A stretch of 64,000 bases of DNA from NCBI GenBank assembly GCA_003056145.1, contig LSNL01000003.1, positions 4,345-68,344 of the forward strand, read 5' to 3'. Below, in pieces: positions 38,728-49,038 of this stretch (the stretch's first letter is position 1; each line of letters begins with the position of its first letter). The notes below the pieces were generated by a model that was given only the letters and a program-made list of their open reading frames with translations, searched no databases and was not told the origin of the DNA. The stretch is from Parcubacteria group bacterium M10-OD1-1 (lineage in GTDB: Bacteria; Patescibacteriota; Minisyncoccia; Moranbacterales; UBA2206). Position numbers and translations under genes: made by a program.

Positions 38728-38823
38728 TTTCTGATTAATCGGCTGTAAGATTTCTTTAAGGGCATAGTCATAATGGTTATGTCCTTTTGCTAGAGGCTAA
38801 ATTCACCTTTTTCTACAAATGGC

Positions 38824-38852
38824 TTGACAGGATTTTTATTATATGCTATACT
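38824..38852 (+). promoter_or_regulatory. near-consensus sigma70 promoter
   Basis: TTGACA (38824-38829), 17 nt, TATACT (38847-38852). It lies about 100 nt upstream of the lipoprotein gene. Confidence 0.55.
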
Positions 38853-38952
38853 AAACTTTAAACTTGAAGAAAACAGTAAAGTTCCTTTGATAAGAAAGTA
38901 GGAGTGCATTTCGCGCTAAATTCCACACAATATATAACACAGGAGGAGAGAA

Positions 38953-39447
38953 ATGAAGAAATTTACCATGATTTCAGCTATAGTTGTGATGAGTTGTTTT
39001 ATTGGTCTTATGGGTTGCAGGAGATTCACTCAACCAAAGGTCAGCAAGAAAATGGAAAGGGAGATGATCTCTAGCATATACATGGCTCCACCGTTAGTGT
39101 GGGTGGGATTACCTACTTCATGGATGGGGGGAATGGGAGGAGAATACTGTAAAATAGTTGAGCTCAATGCGTTCAGCTATGAAGTAGGGAAATCTCTAAA
39201 AGAAACTAACGGGGGCAAGCTCCCTGAGATGCTGGGCGCGCAATTCGAGAACGCATGGCCAGTAACTGCCCATGCGACTGGGATAGCGGGAGTCCAATGG
39301 CTCCCAAGAGGGGAAGGGAAGTTTAGTTATGTTGGAGGCAACAGTGGGAAACGATGGGTAAAAAAGAAGTTTAGTGGGGAGTGTCAGTTTATGCTGTATC
39401 ATGATATTTATGGCAAATGGAGGCTGGTACGCAACTGGCAGAATTAG
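38953..39447 (+). CDS. lipoprotein of unknown function (GC-rich insert)
   Basis: 164 aa. SD aggaggag, signal peptide plus lipobox LMGC, and GC-rich relative to recA and ndk. Confidence 0.5.
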   Translation: MKKFTMISAIVVMSCFIGLMGCRRFTQPKVSKKMEREMISSIYMAPPLVWVGLPTSWMGGMGGEYCKIVELNAFSYEVGKSLKETNGGKLPEMLGAQFENAWPVTAHATGIAGVQWLPRGEGKFSYVGGNSGKRWVKKKFSGECQFMLYHDIYGKWRLVRNWQN

Positions 39448-39704
39448 GAGCGCGACATATTGCGCTGATTGTTAAAGCCTTGATCATTATTTTTGGTTAA
39501 GGTTTTTTATTATGAAAATAATATAAGTTGTTTTCTAAAAGTCAGATTATGCAAGATTTTCACTTTTTCTTTTCGCATTTTCTTGCGGGAAATTGTCGGG
39601 TCTGTTAGAATAATTGTGACGTAAGATTATCTCCTAGGGTTTGATTGTCCAATTCATTGGAGCAATTGAAGCGGGAGTTTTTAATTAAATTAAATTTTAA
39701 AAAT

Positions 39705-40313
39705 ATGAAAAATCATCCATCAAAAGAAAGAACATTAGTAATTATAAAACCAGATGGAGTGCAAAGAACTTTGATTGGTGAAATTATTAAGAGATATGAA
39801 AGAGTAGGATTAAAATTAATAGGGATTAAAATGCTAGTAGCCCAAGAGGATTTTATTGAAAAACATTACACTCTTGATCCACAGTGGAGAAGGGTAACTG
39901 GAGAAAAAACTATCGAAGGCTATAAAAGTAAAGGGTTAACTCCTCCTTCCGAAGATCCTTTGGCAATTACGGAAAAGATTTTAGTTGGATTAAAAAAATA
40001 TATGACTAGTGGTCCAATCATTGCTATGGTTTGGCAAGGTGCTAATGCAGTCAAATTAATTCGTAAAATTACTGGAGGAACAGAGCCATTAACTTCTGAT
40101 GTTGGTTCTATTAGAGGAGATTTTGTAGTTGATTCATATAAAATTTGCGATGAAGATAATCGATCAGTTAGAAACTTAGTTCATGCTTCTGGCTCAGTAG
40201 AAGAAGCAGAAATGGAAATCAACCATTGGTTTAAAAAAGAAGAAATTATTGATTATCGTTTGGTACAAGAGCAAATTCTTTATGATGTCAATTTAGACGG
40301 TATTTTAGAATAG
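39705..40313 (+). CDS. ndk: nucleoside-diphosphate kinase with internal insertions
   Basis: Start set at the internal Met (MKNHPSKERTLVIIKPDGVQR). NDK motifs IKPDG, MTSGPIIAMVWQG, IRGDF and active-site NLVHASGS are present, with about 35-aa and about 10-aa insertions relative to canonical NDK. The listed ORF begins 60 nt upstream. Confidence 0.65.
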   Translation: MKNHPSKERTLVIIKPDGVQRTLIGEIIKRYERVGLKLIGIKMLVAQEDFIEKHYTLDPQWRRVTGEKTIEGYKSKGLTPPSEDPLAITEKILVGLKKYMTSGPIIAMVWQGANAVKLIRKITGGTEPLTSDVGSIRGDFVVDSYKICDEDNRSVRNLVHASGSVEEAEMEINHWFKKEEIIDYRLVQEQILYDVNLDGILE

Positions 40314-40337
40314 CTACCGTTAAAAATTCTGATCAAT

Positions 40338-40370
40338 AAAAAATCTCCTAAAATTTAGGAGATTTTTTAT
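40338..40370. terminator. bidirectional intrinsic terminator between ndk (+) and rpmB (-)
   Basis: Perfect stem aaaaatctcct / aggagattttt with loop aaaattt and A/T runs on both sides. Confidence 0.65.
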
Positions 40371-40412
40371 TTCTATTTAGCCACTTTCTATTTAGCCACT
40401 TTCTATTTAGCT
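40369..40412. repeat. 15-nt tandem direct repeat, about 2.5 copies (tatttagccactttc)
   Basis: The run ttctatttagccactttctatttagccactttctatttagc overlaps the rpmB stop codon. Confidence 0.6.
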
Positions 40413-40570
40413 AAAGTTTTTATACATTTAGTGCAAATGTTCTTTGTTTGTCCATTAATTTTTTTTGACTGAAGATTGATGCTAAATTTTCTTCTTGATT
40501 TCATTTGAGAATGGCTAACTTTATTTCCTACCTGCGAACCTCTTCCGCAAATATCACATACTCGACTCAT
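40403..40570 (-). CDS. rpmB: 50S ribosomal protein L28
   Basis: Not in the ORF track (55 aa). Minus-strand translation gives MSRVCDICGRGSQVGNKVSHSQMKSRRKFSINLQSKKINGQTKNICTKCIKTLAK, matching the L28 N-terminus MSRVCxxxGK...SH and RRF...NLQ. Confidence 0.65.
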   Translation of the reverse strand: MSRVCDICGRGSQVGNKVSHSQMKSRRKFSINLQSKKINGQTKNICTKCIKTLAK

Positions 40571-40668
40571 AGTTTTTGATTTGATTTATTACAAAATATA
40601 AGGTAACATAATATTACATTTATAGCAAGTTTTTTTTACTGTAAATAAATTTTTTAAAGAAAAAAGAT

Positions 40669-41364
40669 ATGATGAATGAAATTGTTTTAGTAGTATTTTA
40701 TATAATTATTTTATTATATTCAGTAATTATTCATGAAGTAGCACATGGTGTAGCTGCTTTATGGCTGGGTGATCCAACAGCTAAATATGCTGGACGGTTA
40801 ACAGCCAATCCACTTAAGCATATTGATCCTTGGTTAACTATTGGGATGCCAATCCTTCTTCTTTTGATGACCAATTTTCGTTTTGCTTTTGGAGGAGCGA
40901 AACCGGTTCCCTATAATCCTTACAATTTAAAGAATCAAAAATGGGGTCCTGCTCTAGTTGGCTTAGCTGGTCCAGCCTCTAATATTTTAATTGCTGTTTT
41001 GGCCGCTATTTTAGCAAAATTTATTACTATCTCAATGACGGTTAAAGCAGATATAATTTATAATTTTAATGATTGGGGAAAAATATCTCAGGTAATCTCA
41101 GGTTCTGTGGGTTCTATTTTTTTTGAAATTTTAGTAATTGTGATTTTTTGGAATGTTATTCTAGCTTTCTTTAATCTTATCCCGATTCCACCATTAGATG
41201 GTTCTAAACTTTTATTTTCTATTTTTCCAATTAAAATTGAAACAATGGCTATTTTAGAACAATACGGTTTTATTTTCCTTTTGTTTTTTATTATTTTCTT
41301 TTCAGCTCCCTTAGGTCAATTTCTTAATACAATGTTAAATTTATTTTTAGGTGTTACTATCTAG
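40669..41364 (+). CDS. site-2 protease family (peptidase M50) membrane metalloprotease
   Basis: 231 aa. HEVAHG zinc motif in transmembrane helix 1, the LDGS motif near the C-terminal transmembrane helix, and multiple transmembrane segments. Confidence 0.6.
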   Translation: MMNEIVLVVFYIIILLYSVIIHEVAHGVAALWLGDPTAKYAGRLTANPLKHIDPWLTIGMPILLLLMTNFRFAFGGAKPVPYNPYNLKNQKWGPALVGLAGPASNILIAVLAAILAKFITISMTVKADIIYNFNDWGKISQVISGSVGSIFFEILVIVIFWNVILAFFNLIPIPPLDGSKLLFSIFPIKIETMAILEQYGFIFLLFFIIFFSAPLGQFLNTMLNLFLGVTI

Positions 41365-41390
41365 CCTAGAAATAAAATAAGCAAAATAAA

Positions 41391-42317
41391 ATGAGCAAAA
41401 AAAAATATGATTTAATAATAATTGGGGCAGGACCAGCTGGAATGATGGCTTCTATTTATGCTTCTCGTTACGGCATTAAACATTTGGTCATCGGAGGTAT
41501 CCCAGGTGGTTTAGTGACTCAAACTCATAAAATTGGTAATTGGCTAGGAACAGAAAGTATTTCTGGAATGGAATTCGTGCAAAAAGCGGAACAACATGTT
41601 AAAAGTTATCAAACTGAAATATTAAATAATTTAGTAAAAAAAATTAAAAAAGATAAGTCATCAGGATTTGAAATTTTTTTAGAAAATCAAGAAAAAAAAG
41701 AAACTAAAGCTATTATTTTTGCTGTTGGAACGAAACATAGATGTTTAGAGGTGCCTGGCGAAAAGGAATTATTAGGGAAAGGTGTTTCGTATTGTGCTAC
41801 TTGTGATGGATTTTTCTATAGGAATAAAACAGTAGCAGTGATCGGTGGAAGTGATAGTGCTGTTTCGGCAGCTCTTTATTTGGCAGATATAGTTCAAGAA
41901 GTTTATTTAATTTATCGAAAAGAAAAATTAAGAGCGGAGAATTTTTGGGTTGAGGCAGCGGAAAAAAATCCAAAGATTAAAATTATTTATCAAACTAAGG
42001 TTAAAAAAATAATTGGAGAGAGTAAGGTAGAATCCTTGGAATTGGATAATCAATTTGAAAATTTAACCCAAATTAAAGTAGAAGGAGTTTTTATTGAGAT
42101 TGGAGCTGTACCAGCCGTTGAATTAGTTGAAGAAATAGGAGTAGAGTTAGACGACGAAGGTTATATTAAAATTAATTCTGATGGTTCAACTAACATTTCA
42201 GGTATTTGGTCAGCTGGGGATATTACAACAGGTTCTAATAAATTTAAACAGATTATCACGGCATCAGCAGAAGGAGCCGTTGCTGCTCAAAGTGTTCAAA
42301 AATTTTTAAAGAAATAA
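41391..42317 (+). CDS. trxB: thioredoxin-disulfide reductase
   Basis: 308 aa. FAD motif GAGPAG, redox-active CATCDG, and NAD(P)H motif GGSDSA. Confidence 0.8.
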   Translation: MSKKKYDLIIIGAGPAGMMASIYASRYGIKHLVIGGIPGGLVTQTHKIGNWLGTESISGMEFVQKAEQHVKSYQTEILNNLVKKIKKDKSSGFEIFLENQEKKETKAIIFAVGTKHRCLEVPGEKELLGKGVSYCATCDGFFYRNKTVAVIGGSDSAVSAALYLADIVQEVYLIYRKEKLRAENFWVEAAEKNPKIKIIYQTKVKKIIGESKVESLELDNQFENLTQIKVEGVFIEIGAVPAVELVEEIGVELDDEGYIKINSDGSTNISGIWSAGDITTGSNKFKQIITASAEGAVAAQSVQKFLKK

Positions 42318-42425
42318 AGAGTAGCGATTTAAAAAATAATATATCTTTTAAAATGCAATAAAAATTTATTAATAAAAAAAGCTCATCTTAATGGAGTGTT
42401 ATTTTAGATTATTTAATGCAAGCTA

Positions 42426-42454
42426 TTGACATAATTAGCTAATTCCTATATTAT
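42426..42454 (+). promoter_or_regulatory. sigma70-like promoter upstream of rpsL
   Basis: TTGACA (42426-42431), 17 nt, TATTAT (42449-42454). Confidence 0.5.
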
Positions 42455-42565
42455 TATTTTGCTGGGTAACTGGCGTTTTTAATTTAATAAATGATAACAA
42501 TTCACTAGTATTAAAACGATATTTATAATCAAGTTCGTTTTATAGTTTGTGATAAAATTAATTTT

Positions 42566-42985
42566 GTGCCTACTATCAATCAACTAAAAAGAAATCCACG
42601 AAAAACTGGAAAGAATAAATCTAAAACCCCAGCTTTTAAATATGTATTTAATACAATTAAAAATAAACCAATTGATACTGCTAGCCCGTTCAAGCGAGGA
42701 GTCTGCATTAAAGTCAGTACAACTACTCCCAAAAAACCTAATTCTGCTTTAAGAAAGATTGCTAGAGTGCGATTAACTAACGGTATGGAAGTTACTGCTT
42801 ACATTCCAGGTGTTGGTCATAATTTACAAGAACACTCCATTGTAGTTATCAGAGGCGGGAGAGTAAAAGATTTACCAGGAGTAAGGTACCATGTAGTAAG
42901 AGGAGTGTTAGATGCAGCTGGAGTTGTTGGAAGAAAACAAGGAAAAAGTAAATACGGAGCTAAACTAGAAAAAGCAAGTAAATAA
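42566..42985 (+). CDS. rpsL: 30S ribosomal protein S12 (GTG start)
   Basis: PTINQL...NSALRK and a VTAYIPG...[14 protein letters not shown] core, with a short N-terminal insertion. Confidence 0.9.
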   Translation: MPTINQLKRNPRKTGKNKSKTPAFKYVFNTIKNKPIDTASPFKRGVCIKVSTTTPKKPNSALRKIARVRLTNGMEVTAYIPGVGHNLQEHSIVVIRGGRVKDLPGVRYHVVRGVLDAAGVVGRKQGKSKYGAKLEKASK

Positions 42986-43082
42986 TTAATCATTGAAAAA
43001 GATTTTAATTTAAATAAGTTAATAGAAAATAATTTGTGAATCGTGCGAGATAAATTTCGCTTTTTTACAAAATAAGAATTGC

Positions 43083-43550
43083 ATGCCAAGAAGAAAAAGA
43101 ATTTATAAAAAAAATACTAAACCAGACCCAAGATATGGTAATGTTTTGGTTGGTAAATTTGTGTCCAATATAATGAAAGAAGGTAAAAGAACTGTTGCTG
43201 AAAAAATAGTTTATGATGCTTTTGAAATTATTCACGAGAGAACTAAAAAAGGAGGTTTGAATATTTTTGAACAAGCGATAAAAAATGTTTCTCCTCTAAT
43301 TGAATTAAAATCTAGACGAGTAGGAGGAGCTAACTATCAAGTTCCTATTCCAGTAGCAGGAGAAAGAAGAGTTACTTTAGCTATTCGTTGGATAAAAGTA
43401 GCAGTAGTGGCTAAAAAAGGGAAAAAAATGGCTGAGAAATTAGCCGATGAATTAATTGAAGCTTCAGAGAAAGCTGGAACAGCTATGAAAAAAAGAGAAG
43501 ATGTTCATAGAATGGCAGAAGCTAATAAAGCGTTTGCGCACTTTGCTTAG
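43083..43550 (+). CDS. rpsG: 30S ribosomal protein S7
   Basis: 155 aa. The S7 sequence follows S12. Confidence 0.9.
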   Translation: MPRRKRIYKKNTKPDPRYGNVLVGKFVSNIMKEGKRTVAEKIVYDAFEIIHERTKKGGLNIFEQAIKNVSPLIELKSRRVGGANYQVPIPVAGERRVTLAIRWIKVAVVAKKGKKMAEKLADELIEASEKAGTAMKKREDVHRMAEANKAFAHFA

Positions 43551-43621
43551 TTTTAATAATAAATTTATTTATATATAATTCGTATAAATTATAAAATTAT
43601 ACGATTTTAGAATTTTATTTT

Positions 43622-45709
43622 ATGAGAAAATACGCTATTGAAAAATATAGAAATATCGGTATTATTGCTCACATTGATGCTGGAAAAACAACTACAACTG
43701 AAAGAATTTTGTTTTATACTGGTATAACTCATAAAATTGGAGAAGTCCATGAAGGCGAGGCAACTATGGATTGGATGGATCAAGAAAAAGAACGAGGGAT
43801 AACCATCACTTCAGCAGCTACTACTTGTTTTTGGAAAGATCATCAAATTAATATTATTGATACTCCTGGACATGTTGATTTTACAGTAGAAGTAGAAAGA
43901 TCATTACGTGTTTTGGATGGTGGAGTAGTGGTTTTTGATGGGAAAGAAGGAGTAGAGCCTCAATCAGAAACTGTTTGGCGACAAGCTGATAAATATGATG
44001 TACCGAGAATTTGTTTTATTAATAAAATAGATAAAGAAGGAGCAGATTTCTATTATGCTTTGGGTACCATTTGGAATCGTCTTACTCCTAATGCAGTAGC
44101 CGTACAGATTCCAATTGGCGAAAGAGGTGATTTTCAAGGAGTAGTAGATTTGATTAAAATGAAAGGATATACTTTTAAAGGTAAAATGGGTGAAGAAGTA
44201 ATTGAAACAGAAATACCAGCTGAATTATTAGATAAGGCAAAAGAGTGGCGAGAAAAGATGATTGAAAAAATTTCTGAAACGGACGATGCTTTGACTGAAA
44301 AGTATTTAGAAGGTCAAGAAATAACAGAAATAGAGCTAAAAACTGCTTTAAGAATAGCTGTTATTAAAAATAAACTTATTCCAGTCTTTACTGGAACAGC
44401 TTTACGAAATAAAGGAGTACAATTAGTCTTAGATGCAGTCGTGGATTATTTACCATCTCCAACGGATGTGGCTAATATTAAAGGTGCTGATGTTAATGAT
44501 TCTGAAAAAGAAGTAAAAATTAAATTTGATGATGAAGCTCCTTTTGCGGCGTTAGCTTTTAAAGTAGCAACTGATCCTTTTGTTGGGCAGCTAACTTTTT
44601 TTAGGATTTATTCTGGAACATTGAAAGCTGGCTCCTATGTTCTAAATGCAACTAAAAATAGTAAAGAGAGGATTGGAAGAATTTTGCGAATGCATTCTAA
44701 TCACAGAGAAGAAGTGGATGAAATGTATACTGGGGAAATTGGAGCTTTAATAGGAATGAAGACAACTACTACTGGAGATACTCTTTGTGATTTAGATCAT
44801 CCAGTTATTTTAGAAACAATTACTTTTCCAGAACCAGTTATTTCTATTGCCGTAGAACCAAAAACTAAAGCAGATCAAGAAAAAATGGGATTAGCTTTAA
44901 GAAAGTTAGCCGAAGAAGATCCAACTTTTAAAGTTAGGACCGATGAAGAAACTTCGCAAACAATTATTTCTGGAATGGGAGAATTACATTTGGATATTAT
45001 TATTGATAGAATGAAAAGAGAGTTCAAAGTAGACGCTAGTATCGGACAACCGCAAGTAGCTTATAGAGAAACTATTAAAAGTTCTGCTCAGGCAGAGGGA
45101 AAATTTATTCGGCAATCTGGAGGACGAGGACAGTATGGTCATTGTTGGATTAAAGTTGATCCTCAAGAGCCAGGAAAAGGATTTGAATTTGTTGATGAAA
45201 TTAAAGGAGGAGTTATTCCTCAAGAATATATTCAACCTATTCATAAAGGAATTAAAGACGCTATGGAAAATGGAGTTCTTTCGGGGCATCCGATGGTAGA
45301 TATTAAAGCGACGGTTTATGATGGATCTTTTCATGATGTTGATTCATCTGAATCAGCATTTCGGATTGCTGGTTCTATGGCATTTAAAGAAGCAACTAGA
45401 AGAGCTAACCCAATAATTCTTGAACCAATTATGAAAGTTAGTGTCGTTACTCCAGAGCAATTTATGGGGGATGTTGTGGGTGATATTAATTCAAAGAGAG
45501 GAATTATTAAAGAAATGAATGATCGAGGAGAAGGGATGTCAATGGTGAAAGAAATTGATGCAGAAGTTCCTCTTTCTTCAATGTTTGGATATGCTACTCA
45601 ACTTCGTTCTATGACTCAAGGACGAGCTAATTATTCAATGGAGTTTTCACATTATGCAGAAGTTCCAAAAAATGTTGCTGAAGAAATAGTTAGTGGGGAG
45701 AAAAAATAA
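43622..45709 (+). CDS. fusA: elongation factor G
   Basis: 695 aa. [17 protein letters not shown] and EF-G domains II-V. Confidence 0.9.
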   Translation: MRKYAIEKYRNIGIIAHIDAGKTTTTERILFYTGITHKIGEVHEGEATMDWMDQEKERGITITSAATTCFWKDHQINIIDTPGHVDFTVEVERSLRVLDGGVVVFDGKEGVEPQSETVWRQADKYDVPRICFINKIDKEGADFYYALGTIWNRLTPNAVAVQIPIGERGDFQGVVDLIKMKGYTFKGKMGEEVIETEIPAELLDKAKEWREKMIEKISETDDALTEKYLEGQEITEIELKTALRIAVIKNKLIPVFTGTALRNKGVQLVLDAVVDYLPSPTDVANIKGADVNDSEKEVKIKFDDEAPFAALAFKVATDPFVGQLTFFRIYSGTLKAGSYVLNATKNSKERIGRILRMHSNHREEVDEMYTGEIGALIGMKTTTTGDTLCDLDHPVILETITFPEPVISIAVEPKTKADQEKMGLALRKLAEEDPTFKVRTDEETSQTIISGMGELHLDIIIDRMKREFKVDASIGQPQVAYRETIKSSAQAEGKFIRQSGGRGQYGHCWIKVDPQEPGKGFEFVDEIKGGVIPQEYIQPIHKGIKDAMENGVLSGHPMVDIKATVYDGSFHDVDSSESAFRIAGSMAFKEATRRANPIILEPIMKVSVVTPEQFMGDVVGDINSKRGIIKEMNDRGEGMSMVKEIDAEVPLSSMFGYATQLRSMTQGRANYSMEFSHYAEVPKNVAEEIVSGEKK

Positions 45710-45731
45710 TTTTCATTCATTCATTTTTTCT

Positions 45732-45767
45732 AAAAACTATCCTAGTAAAATAGGGTAGTTTTTTTTC
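45732..45767 (+). terminator. intrinsic terminator after fusA
   Basis: Stem aaaaactatcct / agggtagtt with loop agtaaaat, followed by T7. Confidence 0.55.
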
Positions 45768-46135
45768 TGGATTTTGGTGTATTTAAAAATGGATAATAGA
45801 ATAATAAAATAATAAATATTAAACTTCTCTATTGGCTGTATAGAATAAGTTTCATTATATTTAGTTGTTCTTGTCATGTATGCTATTATTGACTGTATTT
45901 TTTTAGTTAGTAATTAATTAGAAAAGGTAATATTATTTAAGCCATTAATTTTTTTGATGGAGTTATTAATAAAAGAGTAGATATAACAATGAGTAATTGA
46001 AATAGAATAAAAATGATTATAATAAAACCTCTAAAAATATTTTATTTTAATATACTTTTTTGAAAACATTGACACAAAAAGATAGATAGGGTAATATTTT
46101 TTTGTAGTAGTAAATAAATTATTACTCAAATAAAT

Positions 46136-46432
46136 ATGCTTAGCAAAAAATTAAAAGAAGTCTTGGGAATCTTAGGTGGGCAAGCTATTTTAGCGGAGGA
46201 TAATCAGTTGTATATTTTAACGACCATTGAAAAATTTAAAAAAAATAACCATCAAAGAATTGAAAGCTTGACAAAGCAAGAATTGATTGATAAGATTAAC
46301 AATGATATTGCAAGCTGGAAGGCGAAGCAAAAAGAAAAAGAAATAAAAGAAATTGATTTATCTAATTTTGAAAAAGAAGAAAATCGAAATCAAGATATTA
46401 GACAGGAAATTAGATATGAACAATTAGATTGA
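46136..46432 (+). CDS. hypothetical protein
   Basis: 98 aa, charged and coiled-coil-like. TTGACA, 17 nt, TAATAT lies upstream at about 46070-46098. Confidence 0.3.
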   Translation: MLSKKLKEVLGILGGQAILAEDNQLYILTTIEKFKKNNHQRIESLTKQELIDKINNDIASWKAKQKEKEIKEIDLSNFEKEENRNQDIRQEIRYEQLD

Positions 46433-46588
46433 GCAGGTAGCTAAAATTAGATGAAATTATTGAGATTTGATTTTTAGAAAATTATAAAAAAGTATATAAT
46501 TTAATAATAATAAAAATTCGCAAACTCTCGTCGAATCTGGTGTTATATTCCAGAAAAAATTCGTGTGGGTTGCGATAAAAATAAATTT

Positions 46589-47782
46589 ATGGCAGTAGAA
46601 AAATTTGAAAGAAATAAACTTCATGTTAATGTTGGCACCATTGGTCATGTTGATCATGGAAAAACTACTTTAACAGCAGCTATTTTACATGTACTTAGCT
46701 TTGTTGGAAAAGCTAAAGAAAAAGCAGTATCCGAAATTGATAAGGCCCCTGAAGAAAGAGATCGTGGAATTACAATCGCCACTGCTCATTGTGAGTACGA
46801 ATCAGATAAAAGACATTATGCTCATGTTGATTGTCCTGGTCATGCTGACTATATTAAAAATATGATTACTGGCGCTGCTCAGATGGATGGAGCTATCTTA
46901 GTTGTAGCTGCTACTGATGGTCCTATGCCACAAACTAGAGAGCATATTCTTTTAGCTAAACAAGTAGGAGTTCCTGAAATTGTAGTTTTCCTAAATAAAG
47001 TGGATATGGTTGATGATCCAGAATTAGTTGATCTTGTTGAAGCTGAAGTAAGAGAGCTTTTAACTAAATATGAATTTGATGGTGATAATGCTAAAATTAT
47101 TCGTGGCTCAGCTCTTAAAGCTCTTGAATCAAAATCAGCTGACGAAGAAGCAGCTAAGCCTGTTATGGATTTAATAGCTGCTCTTGATGAAAAAATTCCT
47201 GATCCAGTGAGAGAAATGGATAAAGATTATCTAATGCCAATTGAAGATATTTTTTCTATTGAAGGTCGTGGAACTGTAGTAACAGGGAGAATTGAAAGAG
47301 GAATTATTAATGTTAATGATGAAGTAGAGATTGTTGGACTTCGGGATACTCAGAAGACTACGGTTACTGGAATTGAAATGTTTAACAAGTCTTTAGATAG
47401 AGGTGAAGCTGGAGATAACGCCGGAGTGCTTCTTAGAGGAACAAAGAAAGAAGATGTTGAACGAGGACAAGTTTTAGCTAAACCAGGTTCAATTACTCCG
47501 CATACAGAATTTGAATGTGAAGTTTATATTTTAACTAAAGAAGAAGGTGGAAGACACACTCCATTCTTTAAAGGTTATCGTCCTCAATTCTATGTTAGAA
47601 CTACAGATGTAACAGGAGAAGTAATCCTTCCAGAAGGAACTGAAATGGTAATGCCGGGAGATACTATTAACTTTACTGTTAAATTAGGAGCTCCTGTAGC
47701 TATGGAAGAAGGAATGAAATTTGCAATTAGAGAAGGTGGTAGAACTGTTGGAGCTGGAGTAGTAACAAAGATTTTAAAATAG
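46589..47782 (+). CDS. tuf: elongation factor Tu
   Basis: Start set at [27 protein letters not shown]; the listed ORF begins at an upstream GTG at 46565. A terminator hairpin lies at 47795-47826. Confidence 0.9.
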   Translation: MAVEKFERNKLHVNVGTIGHVDHGKTTLTAAILHVLSFVGKAKEKAVSEIDKAPEERDRGITIATAHCEYESDKRHYAHVDCPGHADYIKNMITGAAQMDGAILVVAATDGPMPQTREHILLAKQVGVPEIVVFLNKVDMVDDPELVDLVEAEVRELLTKYEFDGDNAKIIRGSALKALESKSADEEAAKPVMDLIAALDEKIPDPVREMDKDYLMPIEDIFSIEGRGTVVTGRIERGIINVNDEVEIVGLRDTQKTTVTGIEMFNKSLDRGEAGDNAGVLLRGTKKEDVERGQVLAKPGSITPHTEFECEVYILTKEEGGRHTPFFKGYRPQFYVRTTDVTGEVILPEGTEMVMPGDTINFTVKLGAPVAMEEGMKFAIREGGRTVGAGVVTKILK

Positions 47783-47872
47783 TTTATTCTTTAAGTCTAT
47801 CTCGTCAAAAGAGGTAGACTTTATAGAATAAAATTAATTTATTCAAATAATTCAAATAGCTAGTTAGTATCA

Positions 47873-48196
47873 ATGAAAAAAGAAGAAGAGATAAAACCAA
47901 GAATTAGAATTAAAATTAGAGCTTATGATCATAAAATTATTGATCAATCAGCTAAGCTAATTGTAGAAACTGCCAAAAGATCTGGAGCTAAAATCTCAGG
48001 ACCAGTTCCTTTGCCAACAACTATTAAGAGATATACAGTTAATAAATCGACTTTTGTGCATAAAGATTCTAGAGATCAATATGAAATGAGAACTCACAAA
48101 AGATTAATTGATATAACGACACCAACTCCTAAAACGATTGATGACTTAACAAATCTCGATCTTCCAGCAGGGGTGGACATAGAAATAAAAATGTGA
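47873..48196 (+). CDS. rpsJ: 30S ribosomal protein S10
   Basis: 107 aa with an S10 sequence. Confidence 0.9.
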   Translation: MKKEEEIKPRIRIKIRAYDHKIIDQSAKLIVETAKRSGAKISGPVPLPTTIKRYTVNKSTFVHKDSRDQYEMRTHKRLIDITTPTPKTIDDLTNLDLPAGVDIEIKM

Positions 48197-48402
48197 TAAA
48201 CTCTAGGAGCTATAAATTATAAGCTGATTAAATATTTTGGCTAATAATTTATAGTTCGTAGATTCTAGTTAAAGTCCTATGAATTTAGGATACTCAGCTA
48301 GCCAAGAAAGAAATTTCTTTGTTTGAAAAAACAAGTGGCTGGTTTAGTCCAGTTTTTTTTATTGAAGTGTGAATGTATTAAGATTAAATATAGTTTTAGA
48401 AT

Positions 48403-48957
48403 ATGAAGTTTATTATAGGAAAAAAAATAGGAATGACAACAATTTATAATGATGATGGTGCACAGAATGTAACTCTTGTTGAGTGTGAGTCAAAAGTTAG
48501 TATGATTAAAACAGAAAAAAAGGATGGGTATAATGCAGTTCAGCTAGTAATACCAAAAACTAAAAATAAAATATTTAAAAAAGAATTTAGAGTAGATGAA
48601 ATTAATTTAGAAGAAGGTGTAATTTTGGATGTGAGTATGTTTGAAATCGGAGAGATTGTTAAAGCTAGTGGGATAGCTAAAGCTAAAGGTTTCCAAGGTG
48701 TGGTAAAAAGACATGGCTTTAAGGGATCACCTAAAACGCATGGTCATAAACATGATTTAAGAGCTCCAGGAGCTATTGGCTCTGGATTCCCTGAACATGT
48801 TGTTAAAGGAAAGAGAATGGCTGGAAGAATGGGAGGAAAAAGAGCTTCTACAATGAATATTAAGGTTGTTTATATAGATAAAGAGAAAAAATTATTAGGG
48901 TTAAAAGGTGCAATTCCAGGTATTCCAGGTAATATTGTAGAAATTGTTTCTGCATAA
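48403..48957 (+). CDS. rplC: 50S ribosomal protein L3
   Basis: 184 aa with an L3 sequence. Confidence 0.85.
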   Translation: MKFIIGKKIGMTTIYNDDGAQNVTLVECESKVSMIKTEKKDGYNAVQLVIPKTKNKIFKKEFRVDEINLEEGVILDVSMFEIGEIVKASGIAKAKGFQGVVKRHGFKGSPKTHGHKHDLRAPGAIGSGFPEHVVKGKRMAGRMGGKRASTMNIKVVYIDKEKKLLGLKGAIPGIPGNIVEIVSA

Positions 48958-49038
48958 AGAAATAAAAATAATCAAGTCAAAAGCTGATAACTTAGAATAT
49001 TTTTAATAGTTTTCAGTAACAATAGATTTTTTAATAAA

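Noticed and set aside
45800-46060. Possible 49-aa minus-strand ORF (MTRTTKYNETYSIQPIEKFNIYYFIILLSIFKYTKIQKKNYPILLG) in the fusA-downstream spacer.
   Set aside because: It is AT-rich low-complexity with no RBS or recognisable family, so it is too speculative.
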